Origin: Antedon mediterranea
Taxonomy: Eukaryota; Animalia; Echinodermata
Direction of reading: 5' to 3'
DNA: 64,000 nucleotides
Assembly: GCF_964355755.1 (NCBI RefSeq)
Contig: NC_092673.1
Coordinates: forward strand, 22,255,648-22,319,647
Below are positions 50,795 to 62,915 of the stretch, piece by piece (positions within the stretch are counted from its first letter, which is position 1; every line of letters starts with the position of its first letter). The position numbers and the translations under genes are program-made. The notes under the pieces were generated by a model. That model was given only the letters and a program-made list of their open reading frames with translations. It searched no databases and had not been told where the DNA came from.

Positions 50795-52639
50795 CAGGCC
50801 CGTAGCCAGGGGGGTTTTTTGGGGTTCGGGCGAACCCCCCCTTTTGCGCGAACCCCCCTTTTACCAGCGAACCCCCCTTGAAAAACAAAGGCCCCACTTC
50901 CAAAATCGTGCAATTAATTATCAATTATAGCAGATTTTTTGGTCATTTTACTTCTATTGACTATGTTTAAATCGATCGAATATACAGATTGTCCGATGTC
51001 AAAGTCACTGCTGAGCGTGAGATCGAGAGTTTGTTGAGAGATGATGGTTATAAATATGACAGAAAAATGGACTGACCAATCGCGTGCTTCGGCCGGGCTT
51101 TTCGGAACGCACAAGATCACGTTCAGTTCAGTTCAATCTTTTTGGGGATTTTTATTTTTTTCCTGGAAATATTTGTCATTAAACCAAAGAATTTCACTGT
51201 GTAAACTTGAATAAAAATGGTGCTGAGTTAAATTGGTACGTGTACGTAGGCCTACCGTATATTTCGGTGTATAAGACGCACTTTTGACACGCAAATTTGA
51301 CCTCTAAATGTTACCCTAATTAATTTAATTACCTACTAATACTTAAATTAATTAAAAATAGTGTACTACTCTGCAATGTAGGCCTAGCTAGTTACTCACT
51401 CCTGTCTAACCACAGTGTGGTAACAAGTTTATTGAATTTTTAGTTAAGGTAAATTGTCATCCTCGACTGTATTAATTAATATTACAGTACGCATTAGATA
51501 TTCTACCCAGGCCTAGTAATACTCTCTGAACTCGCGGGTGTGTATTCTTGCAGCATGCAGCATCACAGCGCAACACATTTATGGAAGAGTCCATTAATTA
51601 CGGTGGTGTCACATTTTAATTACACAATAACTGTTGTTATTATGTTAAGTAGCTTCCCCTAATCTCATAGTGTATATGGCCAACAGTGCTGGCCACCAGG
51701 CAAGGAGCACATGGTTAGTGCATGGAGGTATAAAATAAAATTTTATACCTCCATGGTTAGTGCTCTCCTCTCCTCATATTGCTGTAATGCATGCATGGAA
51801 ATAGGAAAGATTTTCATATAGGCCTACCCAACATGATATTCCTGGTTCATTATCAGCCCAAAAAACTGAACATCATTTGGATTGATTTTATAATGGTCAT
51901 ACACACAATAAGAAGGTATATATTTAAATAATATGAAATTAAAGTTACTTAAATAGACATAGGCTAGCCCTACCCACACAGTGCATCGTAACTAAAAAAA
52001 TATGGGGATTTCCCTTTTCATTGAACGTTCAGTTGTTGAAGTAGAGACTGATTACGATGTAATAAAGGCAATCAAACAAAATTATATCATTTGATTCTAA
52101 TAAATATGTCTCAAATATCGTTGTTTTATTATTAAAATACCATTGTTTTGATTGTAAAATGTTTAAATTTCGGCCTAGAAATAAGTGCGTCTTATGCATC
52201 GACTACATAAAAAATACTAATATTTCAGTCTTCGTTATGGGTGCGTCTTATACACAGGTGCGACTTTTACACCGAAATATATGGTACTATTTGTTTTTTA
52301 TGTTTATAGGATAAGAAATTATTTAAGGGCCTAATATAATATACTTTTTTGCAACAATAAAGCTGTATTTCATGATCAGTACTACTAACTTCCATAATAC
52401 TGTACTATATAATTTATCTGCATAACTCAGATTTTAGTAGGTAAAAAATGTCTCTGTAAGCTTATTAAAACAACCGCAATTGCTCTGAGAGCCAAAGCTT
52501 CCAGGGGCCTTCGCCCCCCGGGACCCCGACCGGGGGCCCTTGGCGGCCCCCTGGCCCCCAGCCTACAGTTGCTCGCTGAGCTCGCAAAATACTTGGTGTC
52601 AAGAAAACCCCCCTCTGATGCATTCTGGCTACGGGCCTG
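50795..52639. mobile_element. non-autonomous TIR element with 5-bp TSD (hAT5-like) inside the LINE RT
   Basis: Perfect 15-bp TIR CAGGCCCGTAGCCAG; TSD CTAGC (50790-50794, 52640-52644); removing it restores the RT frame IIYNSS-DKVDDI. The superfamily call is inference. Confidence 0.85.
51255..52284. mobile_element. Tc1/mariner (Tc2-like) non-autonomous element nested in the hAT5-like element
   Basis: 27-bp TIR CCGTATATTTCGGTGTATAAGACGCAC (3 mismatches), TA on both sides, subterminal GTGCGTCTTA repeats. Confidence 0.8.
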
Positions 52640-53729
52640 CTAGCGATAAGGTTGACGATATTGTAACCAATCTTAATTTTGACTTCGATAAAATCTCCAC
52701 TTGGCTTCTAGCTAATCGTCTAGCGCTCAATACTAAAAAAACTGAAGTGATGGTAATTGGAACGCAACAAAGGCTTTCTTCACTCTGGCCTATAAATGTT
52801 TCTATTAGCAACTTTACCTATCAAACAGGTCACCCAACATAAGAATCTTGGCATCATTCTAGACCATCATCTTACTTTTATTCCGGACGTTGATAAGTTG
52901 TGCAACAAATTAAGTTCCTCTATCTCCAACCTCGCCCGAACTCGAAAATTTGTCCACCAAGCTACATCTCTTATATTATACAATGCTCTTGTCTTACCTC
53001 ATATTGACTATTGTTGTTCTATCTGGGGCTCACGAGCACCACTCGTTGCTAAAATCCAGAAACTTCAAAATAGAGCTAAAAGAGTTATTCTGAAAGTTCA
53101 CCCTCATACCTCATCCCACCTTATTGATAACACCCTTTCTATCTCATCCGTTTCTCAACGTTATCAGTTTCAACTTGGTTGTCTCGCCTATCTGGCTTCC
53201 ATCAATACCGTTCCGGATTACATCAGTCGCATGTTAACCAGGACTCAGCCCGGAGGTCGACCAACTACCAGATCCATCTCTAATTGTAATTATATTATTC
53301 CTCGACCTTCATTAGAGATTTTTAAACAATGTTTCAGTTATAAAGCGCCTATGTATTTTACTATAATTCCTAAAATCATTCGACAATCTGAAAATATTAT
53401 TTCCTTTAAACGTGAACTTAAAGAATTTATTTCCAGTTAATATTGTTTGTACCATGTATATATATTTTATCTGTCAACGATTTTAACTCCTATTGAATTT
53501 TATATAATCATTGTAAATTTATAGGCCTATTATGTATATTTTTACGTCATTTGAATATTTAATATTTTATGTGTTGTACTGTAGCCTATGTATGTTTTAT
53601 CGAGTGCCCTGAATGATCAGTTCTATTTGGAATTGGATAGGCTACCCTCAATAAAGATGGTAATGAAATCAAATTAAATTAAATTTAAAAAAAAACAAAC
53701 AAAAAACATTTAATTGGCAAATTCAACAA

Positions 53730-53925
53730 AAGACCCTTCCTACAATTTGTGACGTTTTTAAAAATAAATGCATATATATATATACCTTAAAAACATTAAG
53801 CCATGTCATTCCTTGTCTTAAATGTACGTTTTATGGTAAATATGATAAAAAGAGAGAAACATGCACTAGGCCTACCTAAGTGGCTCGTGGTGAATCCTCT
53901 CGTGGAGGGTCTTTAGGCCTAGCCT
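53730..53925. mobile_element. partial second copy of the Kolobok-like MITE, inverted relative to 56263-56888
   Basis: Diverged reverse complement of ~56700-56888. Confidence 0.7.
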
Positions 53926-55116
53926 TTTAGAAGGCCTAATTATTTGTCGGGTATTTCATTGGCCATGGTGTTGAGGAGATAATTTCATAGCAATAAACAA
54001 TATCTACAAATGTCATTGTACTCTTATTTATTCAGTGCGAGTTTTGTGATCCTCTTGACAAAAAATACATGCGGTCTAATCTATGCCGCCTTACAGTGTG
54101 TTCGTTTACATATTTTGTATAGCTGCATTCACTGAAGCTGTTGTTTTTGTGTGTGAGATTCTGATGGTCATCGATAAAATAACAATCCATAAATCAGTCT
54201 TGAAAGCGTCAGATACCGAAATTTTTCCCGGGCACTCGGCCCTTGGACCCCGGCTACTTACAGTTCAACATTACATTCGTTACATTACAATTATTGTATT
54301 GTTTTTAAAACAACTTTATTTACCCAGGGAGAATGTGCGCTTTTTAATTGTTAATTAATAAAGGATTATTAATGAATATGTTTCACATTAAAGGTTAAAG
54401 GCCTATTTCACAATATGTTAATTTTGTTGTTATAAAGTCTATAAGCCTAAACCGTTTTTCAAACAATATTCCACCCAATTTATATTGTGAGGTATAGACG
54501 GGTACTGTGCAAATATAGCTTTCAAAATATTACTGTATATTGTGTTTAAACGACTATTATCACTCAATGAATATTGTGCGCTTTTTAATATTAATAACAG
54601 TAATGAATAATATGTTAATTTTGCTGTTAGGTAGTGTAAACTGTTTTTAAGTAACAGTTGCTGTAATGACATTAAAAAAAAAACGTCAGTTCAGATTTGT
54701 TTTGTTTGTGCGCTTTTATAGAATGGATACTGTAAGCACGTTTAAAAAGATATTACATTTGATCGATTGCAACTGTTGTAATTAACAAGAAAAAATAGCC
54801 CGGCTTAACATTGTGGGGCGGTATTGAATAACTATAATGCAGTGTGTCGTCACATGTTGACGTAAGAAGTTATTTATTAGTTCTAGTTTATTTACTACGA
54901 TAGAGCCTACTTTAAATGCTGTTTTAATTTCAGGTATTCATGTTGTACTTGTGTTGAAAAGTGTTAATGAATAATAACGGAATAATAACTTGTGGTTATC
55001 GTTTATAAGCAAACTGTTGTATTTGTGTTTGCTTCAGAAATTATCTTCTAAAATTGCATGTTGTAACAAGTCAAAACAAAACTAAAATGAATTCGCCATA
55101 AAAGGACATAGGTACA

Positions 55117-56960
55117 AGTTCGCGGAACTAGTTTGGCAAATGGTAAAGTAGTCAAGGGTCATCTACCCATAACAAATTACGTATTCGCCGTAGAGGGCGT
55201 AGATGCAAAAACTATTTTGAAAAAATTAAGTAGGTCAAGTGTTAAAACGTTGGTAAAAGCCAGTTACTTATTCGTCGTAGAGGGCGTAGACGCAAAAAAG
55301 TTCGCGGAACTGGGGTGGCAAATGGTAAAGTAGGTCAAGAGTCATCGATTCATACCAAAATATTTTGAAAAAATTAAGTAGGTTAAGTGTTATAACGTTC
55401 GTAAAACCAGTTACTTATTCGCCGTAGAGGGCGTAGATGCAAAAAAATTCGCGGAACTAGGGTTGCAATTGGTAAAGTAGGTCAAGGGTGATCGATTCAT
55501 ACCAAAATATTTTGAAAAAATTAAGTAGGTCAAGTGTTATAACGTTCGTAAAAGCCAGTTACTTATTCGCCGTAGAGGGCGTAGACGCAAAAAAGTTCGC
55601 GGAACTGGGGTGGCACATGGTAGAGTAGGTCAAGGGTGATCGATTCATGCCAAAATATTTTGGAAAAATTAAGTAGGTCAAGTGTTATAACGTTCGTAAA
55701 AGCCAGTTACTTATTCGCCGTAGAGGGCGTAGACGCAAACAAGTTCGCGGAACTGGGGAGGCAAATGGTAGAGTAGGTCAAGGGTGATCGATCTATACCA
55801 AAATATTTTGAAAAAATTAAGTAGGTCAAGTGTTATAACGTTCGTAAACCCAGTTACTTATTCGCCGTAGAGGGAGTAGATGCATAACAGTTCGCGGAAC
55901 TGGGGTGGCAAATGGTAAAGTAGGTCACGGGTGATCGATCCATACCAAAACATTTTGAAAAAATTAAGTAGGTCAAGTGTTATAAAATTCGTAAAGCCAG
56001 TTACTTATTCGCCGTAGAGGGCGTAGACGCAAAAAAGTTCGCGGAACTGGGGTGGCAAACGGTAGAGTAGATCAAGGGTGATCGATTCATAACAAAATAT
56101 TTTGAAAAAATTAAGCAGGTCAAGTGTTATAACGTTCGTAAAGCCAGTTACTTATTCGCCGTAGAGGGCGTAGATGCAAAAAAATTTCGCGGAACTAGGG
56201 TGGAAAATGGTAGAGTAGGTCAAGAGTCATCGATCTATACCAAAATATTTTGAAAATATTAAAGCCCCATTCCCTACGTTTTTGAGATCTAATTTAAGAT
56301 CACAAACTATATTTAATGTAAAAATAATACTACATGGTCCTATTGCGATAACTTTTTTCGTCTTTAAACGGTTAAAAATGTGAAAAATAAATCGATTCTA
56401 ATAATTATAGCGGCCCGCTATAAATCCCAAAATGCATTGCGCGCGTATTGATATTTTTGTTTTTCACCTGTAATTCGCCCACTTTTCGATCGATCGTGAA
56501 GCCAAAACAAATGGAAGACTCCTAACTTTTCAGCGAAAATACCGGGTTTTCCCCAATTTGTATCAACGGAGTCTGGCAAAAATAGAAAGACAATTAATGC
56601 AGCAACTATACAACGTCAGGCTAGGTATATAGCTAGCGTACGATGTTCGTACGTTGTCGATGTTTACCAGCTAGGCCTACAAAACTAAGCCTAGCTAGGC
56701 TAGGCCTAAGACCGTCCACGAGAGGTCGATCGCCGCGAGCTACTTAGGTAGTGCATTGTTTCTCACTTTTTATCATAATTTACCATAAAACGTACATTTA
56801 AGACAAGGAATGACATGGTTTAATGTTTTTAAAGTGATATATATGTATTATTTTCCAAAAAACGTCCAAAATTGCAGGGAAGGGGTCTTTAAGTAGGTCA
56901 AGTGTTATAACGTTCGTAAAAGCTAGTTACTTATTCGCCGTAGAAGGCGTAAATGCATAA
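55117..56960 (-). repeat. ~148-bp tandem array, right arm of foldback copy 1 (~8 units), interrupted by a MITE
   Basis: Reverse complement of the 48590-49733 array. Confidence 0.93.
56263..56888. mobile_element. Kolobok-like MITE with TTAA TSD
   Basis: TTAA-AGCCCCATTCCCTAC ... GCAGGGAAGGGGTCT-TTAA inserted in the TTAA of one repeat unit; the empty site ATTAAGTAGGTC is seen in sister units. Confidence 0.8.
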
Positions 56961-57410
56961 AATGTTATTGAACTTTGACCGGAAGAAGTAAAAGGAGGTC
57001 AAGGCTAACATGTTGATGCAATAACAACTCAATTAGACAGTTATTACATATTAAAATTTGTTTTTAAAAATATTTTTGACTGTCCCTTTAATTGAATTTG
57101 AATAAGGAGCTAGGAACTAGGAACTAGTAACCAACTTCACAGACATTTGTATTTACTAGATAACCTAACCGGGAACCTAACCTAGATTACTGTTACTTAC
57201 TCTTTAACCTGGTTAAATGTACTGCAGTAACTTTTGACTGGAAATTGACATTAAAACATGGATTGATCCAAGTTATAATATAGAATAGGCTGCCCATATC
57301 CGAAACATAACTCATTGTACTTATTTGATCTTTTCTTTTTTCAGAATCAGACGTCAGATGTCTGTGAAGTTGGTTACTAGTTCCTAGTTCCTTATTCAAA
57401 TTTACAGTCA

Positions 57411-57660
57411 CTTTTTCTTTTTTTCTTTCTTTCATTTATTTGGCATCTCAATAAATAACATTAAAAATACATCAATAATATATAAAATCACCTTAAATAT
57501 TAATATACATGTACATCAAAAAAGCAAATAAAAATGGCGGGATTAATGAAGTCTGACGATGCACGGGAAAACACATAAAGTCGTTTAAAGTAAAACAACT
57601 TAATTCCAATGTGGTCCCTAAAAAGATAGTAATTATAATTTTAACAAAACAAACATATAT
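57411..57660 (-). mobile_element. short retroposon 3'-end fragment in foldback copy 2
   Basis: ~250 bp absent from the copy-1 arms; the minus strand ends in AATAAATG(AAAG)n. Confidence 0.5.
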
Positions 57661-58678
57661 AAAAAAAAACAGATTTTAATACGAAATAACTGTCTAATTG
57701 AGTTATTGCATCAACTTGTTAGCCTTGACCTCCTCTACTTCTTCAGGTCAAAGTTCAATAACATTTTATGCATTTACGCCCTCTACGGCGAATTAGTAAC
57801 TGGCTTTACAAACGTTATAACACTTGACCTACTTAATATTTTGAAAATATTTTGGTAGAGATCGATGACCCTTGACCTACTCTACCATTTGTCACCCCAG
57901 TTCCGCAAACTTGATTGCGTCTACGCCCTCTACGGCGAATAAGTAACTGGCTTTTACGAACGTTATAACACTTGACCTACTTAATTTTTACAAAATATTT
58001 TGGTATGAATCGATCACCCTTGACCTACTCTACCATTTGCCACCCCAGTTCCGCGAACTTTTTTGCGTCTACGCCCTCTACGGCGAATAAGTAACTGGCT
58101 TTTACGAACGTTATAACACTTGACCTACTTAATTTTTTTTAAATATTTTGGTATGGATCGATCACACTTGACCTACTTTATCATTTGCCACCCCAGTTCC
58201 GCAAACTTTTTTGCGTCTACGCCCTCTACGGCGAATAAGTAACTGGCTTTACGAACGTTAGAACACTTGACCTACTTAATTTTTTCAAAATATTTTGGTA
58301 TGAATCGATCACCCTTGACCTACTCTACCATTTGCCACCCCAGTTCCGCGATTTTTTTTGCATCTACGCCCTCTACGGCGAATAAGTAACTGGCTTTACG
58401 AACGTTATAATACTTGACCTACTTAATTTTTTCAAAATATTTTTGTATGGATCGATCACTTTGACCTACTTGATCGATTGCAAATGTGGTAATTAACGAG
58501 AAAAAACCACCCGAGTTCCGCGAACTTTTTTTTGCATCTACGCCCTCTACGGCGAATAAGTAACTAGCTTTTACGAACGTTTTACACTTTACCAACTGAA
58601 TTTTTTCAAAATAGTTTGGCATTTGCCAAACTAGTTCCGCGAACTTGTACCTATGTCCTTTTATGGCGAATTCATTTT

Positions 58679-58883
58679 TGTTATGTTATATATATCAATA
58701 ATAAATGAAGAAACTCTCAAGTATAATAAGGATAGTCTTTATTGTAAGAAGTCTGTGACTGAACTGTACAAAGTGATATCAGTAAGGTGGCTCGTGATTG
58801 GTTAATCTATATCGTATGACTATGGTGTCTTATTACTTTATACAGTATATAGGTCGCTATACTAAAGCAGTATTATTATAACA
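58679..58883 (-). repeat. 3' LTR (205 bp)
   Basis: Near-identical to 62720-62915; adjacent to the PPT. Confidence 0.95.
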
Positions 58884-59064
58884 TCTCCCTCCTAGGATTA
58901 TTTAAAGTTTGTTTGGATGAGGGGTTTATCTATCGTTGCGTTACGATGTTTACAATGCTATAGATATTTATTTTAATAACTTTAAGCGTGCTATTAATTC
59001 TCTTCTATATTCTAATTTCTAAATTTTTTTAAAAATGTCCTCTATATATCATTGTTCATAATGT

Positions 59065-60759
59065 TCAATCTCTTAGTTTTGGTGGTTGCTTGCAAATCCG
59101 TTTTGGTCTGTCGTGTATCGCTAATGGTGGTAATTTTCTTGTTTCCGTTTGGGGTTCTTGATCCTTGTTGATACTAGTAGTTAGTTCTTGTCTTGGTGTC
59201 TCTACGTTTTGTGGCGGTGGTGGATTTTCAGATAATTGTGGTTTGTTGTTTTCTTGTGTGGCTGGTGGTACTGGTTTCGGTTTATCTGGTTTGATATTTA
59301 TTCTGTCTCTTGTATATTGTGATCCGGATGCTGTTTGAACGGTATATTTTCTTGGTGAGTGTTGGGTGATTACGGTAGCTGGTGTCCATGTCGAATTTGG
59401 TTTCGTTTGGAATCTACATGGTTGTCCGATGTAGATTGATGTACTTGTGTCCGTAGGTTGTCCTTCGTATGCGGCTGTTCTTTTTTTAAGGTTTTCTCCG
59501 TATTGTTTTGCTACGGAATTTGGCGTGTTATTTATGGCAGGTAGGTTGGTTTTGATATTCCGGTGTCCGAACATTAGTGTGAATGGGGACGGGATGTCTG
59601 TTGAAATCGGTGTGTCTCTAAGAACGCATAGTATCTCGTTCATGTCTGTAAGTGTGCTCTTTTTTAGAAGTTGTTTTACAGTGGCAATGTTTCTTTCTGC
59701 TCTGCCATTTCCGGATTGGTGGTATGGTGCGCTTGTGGTATGAATTATTTCATGTTGTCTGCAATATTCTTCAAACTCACTGCTCACTAGCTGTGGCCCA
59801 TTGTCAGACATCATTGTCTCTGGATATCCGAACATTGAAAATGTTTGGTCTAGTTTTGTGTATACTGCCTTGCTATTTGTGCTGCTCAGCTTATCAACCC
59901 AGACGTATGCCGTGTAATAGTCGACACATATGAGAAAGTTTTGGTTCTGGATTTCGAACAAGTCGATTCCGATACGCTGCATTGGCGTGTTGGCGTGTAT
60001 TGGGATTATTGGTGGCTTCTTTTGATTTCTCTGGTATGTCTGACAGAGGTCACAATCCGTTATCATTTGCTCTATATCAGCGTTCAATCCAGGCCAATAT
60101 AAGCTCTGTCTCGCACGGAGGCGGGTCTTCTCTATTCCTTGGTGCTGCTTATGCAGTATTCCAAGGAGTTTCTTTCTCATGGATGTTGGGATAACGATTC
60201 TTTGTCCTTTGATGACAATTCCATCATATATGGCCAGTTCTGATCGATGCTGCCAGTAGGCGTGCGTGAATTTGTTGCATTGGTTCTTTTGCGTTGGCCA
60301 TCCCTCTACTATATATGGGATGAGTGCTTGTAGGACAGTGTCTGTTTTAGTTTTCTCTCTGATATTGTCGATGACAAAAGGTGCCATGTTTGTGACTTCA
60401 TGGACTTGTACATTCATGTCAGGATAAGTGAAGGGTTCACTTTTGGTCTCGATGCATCTGGATAGACAGTCTGCTATAGGTACTTGTTTTCCTGGTACGT
60501 ATCTTATCTTGCCATTATATCCTTGTAGTTGTAGCATTAGTCTTTGTAGACGCGTTGGCATTTTAGAGAGGTCTTTCTTTTGGATGCTTTCCAGTGGTTG
60601 GTGGTCTGTATGTATTGTGAAGTGTTTCCCAAACACATATGTTCTAAAATATTTCACAGACCATACCACTGCGAGTAGTTCCCTCTCGATGTTGCTATAA
60701 TTTGATTCAGCATTTGTTAGTGACTTTGATGCATAGTGTACTGGTCGGTCATTTTGCAT
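59065..60759 (-). pseudogene. Gypsy pol remnant: RNase H plus integrase ORF
   Basis: YASKSLT..YSNIERELLA..TDHQPL (RNase H); H..HQGIEKT..CDLC zinc finger; IGIDLF..SDNGPQ..GNGRAER (DDE integrase). Confidence 0.92.
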
Positions 60760-62285
60760 CAGTACGGCTCCAAGTCCCTTTTGAGATGGTCACATTGGAT
60801 CGTTATCTCCTCTTTGCTATCGAAATACGCAAGTGTTGGGGCGTCTTGGATTCTCTTTTTTATTTTTGTTAGTGCATCGTCGTGTATGTTTGTCCACTTG
60901 AAGACTGAGTCTTTCTGGAGAATACTTCCTCTTTTTTGTCTGTTTTTTCTTTCCGACACTTCGCAAACATCAAAGTGTCCATTGCAATCGATGCATTGAT
61001 CGTCGCATAAAATTCTAACAATTCCCAGTGCTTTGCAAAGTTTCAGTCCGAATAGGTTATTCCCATAGCTTGACACGTGGAATTTAGTTTTGTTCACGAT
61101 GTGACTATTATGTTCTGTGTCAACCGTTATCTCACCATGGTTCTGAAATTTTCTACCTCCATATCCAGTTAGGATTGTGTTGGTTTTCTTGATCGTGTAC
61201 TGTTTCCCAAACAGCTGTGTATAGGTTTTATAATTGATAAGGTTGGCTTGCGCACCTGTATTGTCTTTGCCTCGAAGGAGCATTTGTCCATTCGGTGTGG
61301 AGAGTTTTATTGTGGCAAGTTGGGTGTCTTTGCCATCGATATCGTTGAATTGAATTTCTCGGATGGTGACTTCTTCGAACCCGTAATTTGTTGGGTCATC
61401 CGAGTCTTCTATTGTAATCTCCTGCGTGCGACGATACTGTTTCCCTTTGTTTGGGCGCTTTTGATTGTATTGTCGATCCTGGGTCGTTTTGTTGAATTGT
61501 TTTGCTCTACACTTCCTCGCCCAGTGATTGCTCTTGCCGCAATTTTTACATTCTTTTCCAAATGCGGGACATTGTCTGGACGGATGATCTGTACCGCAGT
61601 TGGAGCAGTTTTTGATCAGTTTTAATTGACTGTGGCGTTTACCATAGTTGGTGTTTTGTTTTATTTCCTCAACAGTGGTGCCAGTTTTTGAAACTCTTTG
61701 CAATTCGTTAAATTGTTTATCGGCCGCTTCTTTGGACTGAATGTACTTGATAGCGTCGCTATGTGTGTAAGTCTTCGCTTGACGGAAGAGCTTTTTCTGT
61801 ACATCTTCAGAGTTTGTGCCGAATTTGATTGCTTCAAGAATGTGCTGGTCGTGTTGCTCATCGGGGTATTCACACTCCTTTAATAGGATTTCAACGCGAG
61901 CAACATACGCATCTATGCTTTCCTTTTGTTTTTGTTTAAAGGCTTCGAAAGTTCCAGCGGACTAGATTAAAATTTGTTTTTGGTTGAATAAACGCTTCAA
62001 ATTTTTCCCAGTGTTTCGGGAGGTTGTTTTTCTCTTGCTCAGTAAGAGACCATCCACGTCGGATTTTCATTGCCTTTTCTCCCATCCACAACATGACATA
62101 GCTAACTTTTTGCTCTTCTTGTATTGTGGATAGGGGCCCTGCAAAGGCCATTTCAACTGTTTCCTTGAAGTGTTTAAAAATTGTTCAAGTACACTTGGTG
62201 AGTCAAATTCCACTTTGGGCATCGTTACCCCCTGGAGTCCTAAAGGGGCTATTACAGGTTGATTTGTAGGCTCTGTTTCAGCCAT
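60759..62285 (-). pseudogene. Gypsy gag plus protease remnant (frameshifted)
   Basis: Gag is split over ORFs 62067-62285, 61936-62151 and 60759-61703; zinc knuckle CKNCGKSNHWARKC; the protease motif reads NTGA instead of DTGA. Confidence 0.85.
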
Positions 62286-62719
62286 GATTGATGCCTTATT
62301 TGACTGGTTTTTTTTTTTTCTAGGTCAAAACAAAGTAGAATGGAATTCCTTGTTGACAGCAAGTTGTTGGTGATCAATCAACTTTAGTACAGTATGAGTT
62401 GGGAGTGTCTTACTCCTTTCTTAACTTGTAGATAGTGTATATTATCCTATGCTAGGTACTGTTGGTTTTGCTTCAAGTTGTATCACAATAATCCTCTTCT
62501 TATGAAAATGAATACTCACAGTTTTTTGTTTTTGTTTACTGTACTCCCAAGTAATATGTGACGTATTTCCAATTTCAGGTATCTTGTCCAATTAACAATT
62601 CTGAAGGTAACAAAGCTCCCAGTGAATCCTATGGTATAGAAATTTCACAAAAGTCCGCTCTGTTGTTTCTGCATGTATTTACCTCCTTTTCTGATAGAAA
62701 ACTGAGGTCGGGGTCACCA

Positions 62720-62915
62720 TGTTATGTTATATATATCAATAATAAATGAAGAAACTCTCAAGTATAATAAGGATAGTCTTTATTGTAAAAAGTAACTGTA
62801 CAAAGTGATATCAGTAAGGTGGCTCGTGATTGGTTAATCTATATCGTATGACTATGGTGTCTTATTACTTTATACAGTATATAGGTCGCTATACTAAAGC
62901 AGTATTATTATAACA
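62720..62915 (-). repeat. 5' LTR (196 bp)
   Basis: TG..CA, followed on the minus strand by the PBS. Confidence 0.95.

Larger units (their letters stand above)
49908..53690 (+). mobile_element. 5'-truncated CR1-group (Crack/Daphne/L2-like) LINE, disrupted reverse transcriptase
   Basis: ORFs 49908-50585 (KSAGHDGI, NYRPISVLP, QSGFR, FIDLRKAFD), 50582- (GIPQGSNLGP, FADDT), 52640-52842 and 52796-53440; frameshifts; interrupted at 50795-52639; AATAAA and (AAATT)n/A tail. Confidence 0.93.
48402..57146. mobile_element. Foldback/MULE-like composite DNA transposon, copy 1 (8.7 kb with nested insertions)
   Basis: Ends ATGTCTGTGAAGTTGGTTACTAGTTCCTAG... / ...CTAGGAACTAGTAACCAACTTCACAGACAT; 9-bp TSD TTGTATTTA (48393-48401, 57147-57155); ~1.3-kb inverted arms of tandem repeats; no transposase ORF. 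Confidence 0.9.
58679..62915 (-). mobile_element. Ty3/Gypsy LTR retrotransposon, RT core deleted, frameshifted gag/pol
   Basis: LTRs 58679-58883 and 62720-62915 (TG..CA); TSD ATTTT; PBS TGGTGACCCCGAC (tRNA-Trp-like) at 62707-62719; PPT AGGAGGGAGA at 58884-58893. Confidence 0.96.

Noticed and set aside
59447-61883. Plus-strand ORFs within the Gypsy element
   Set aside because: Antisense shadows of gag/pol with no recognisable motifs.
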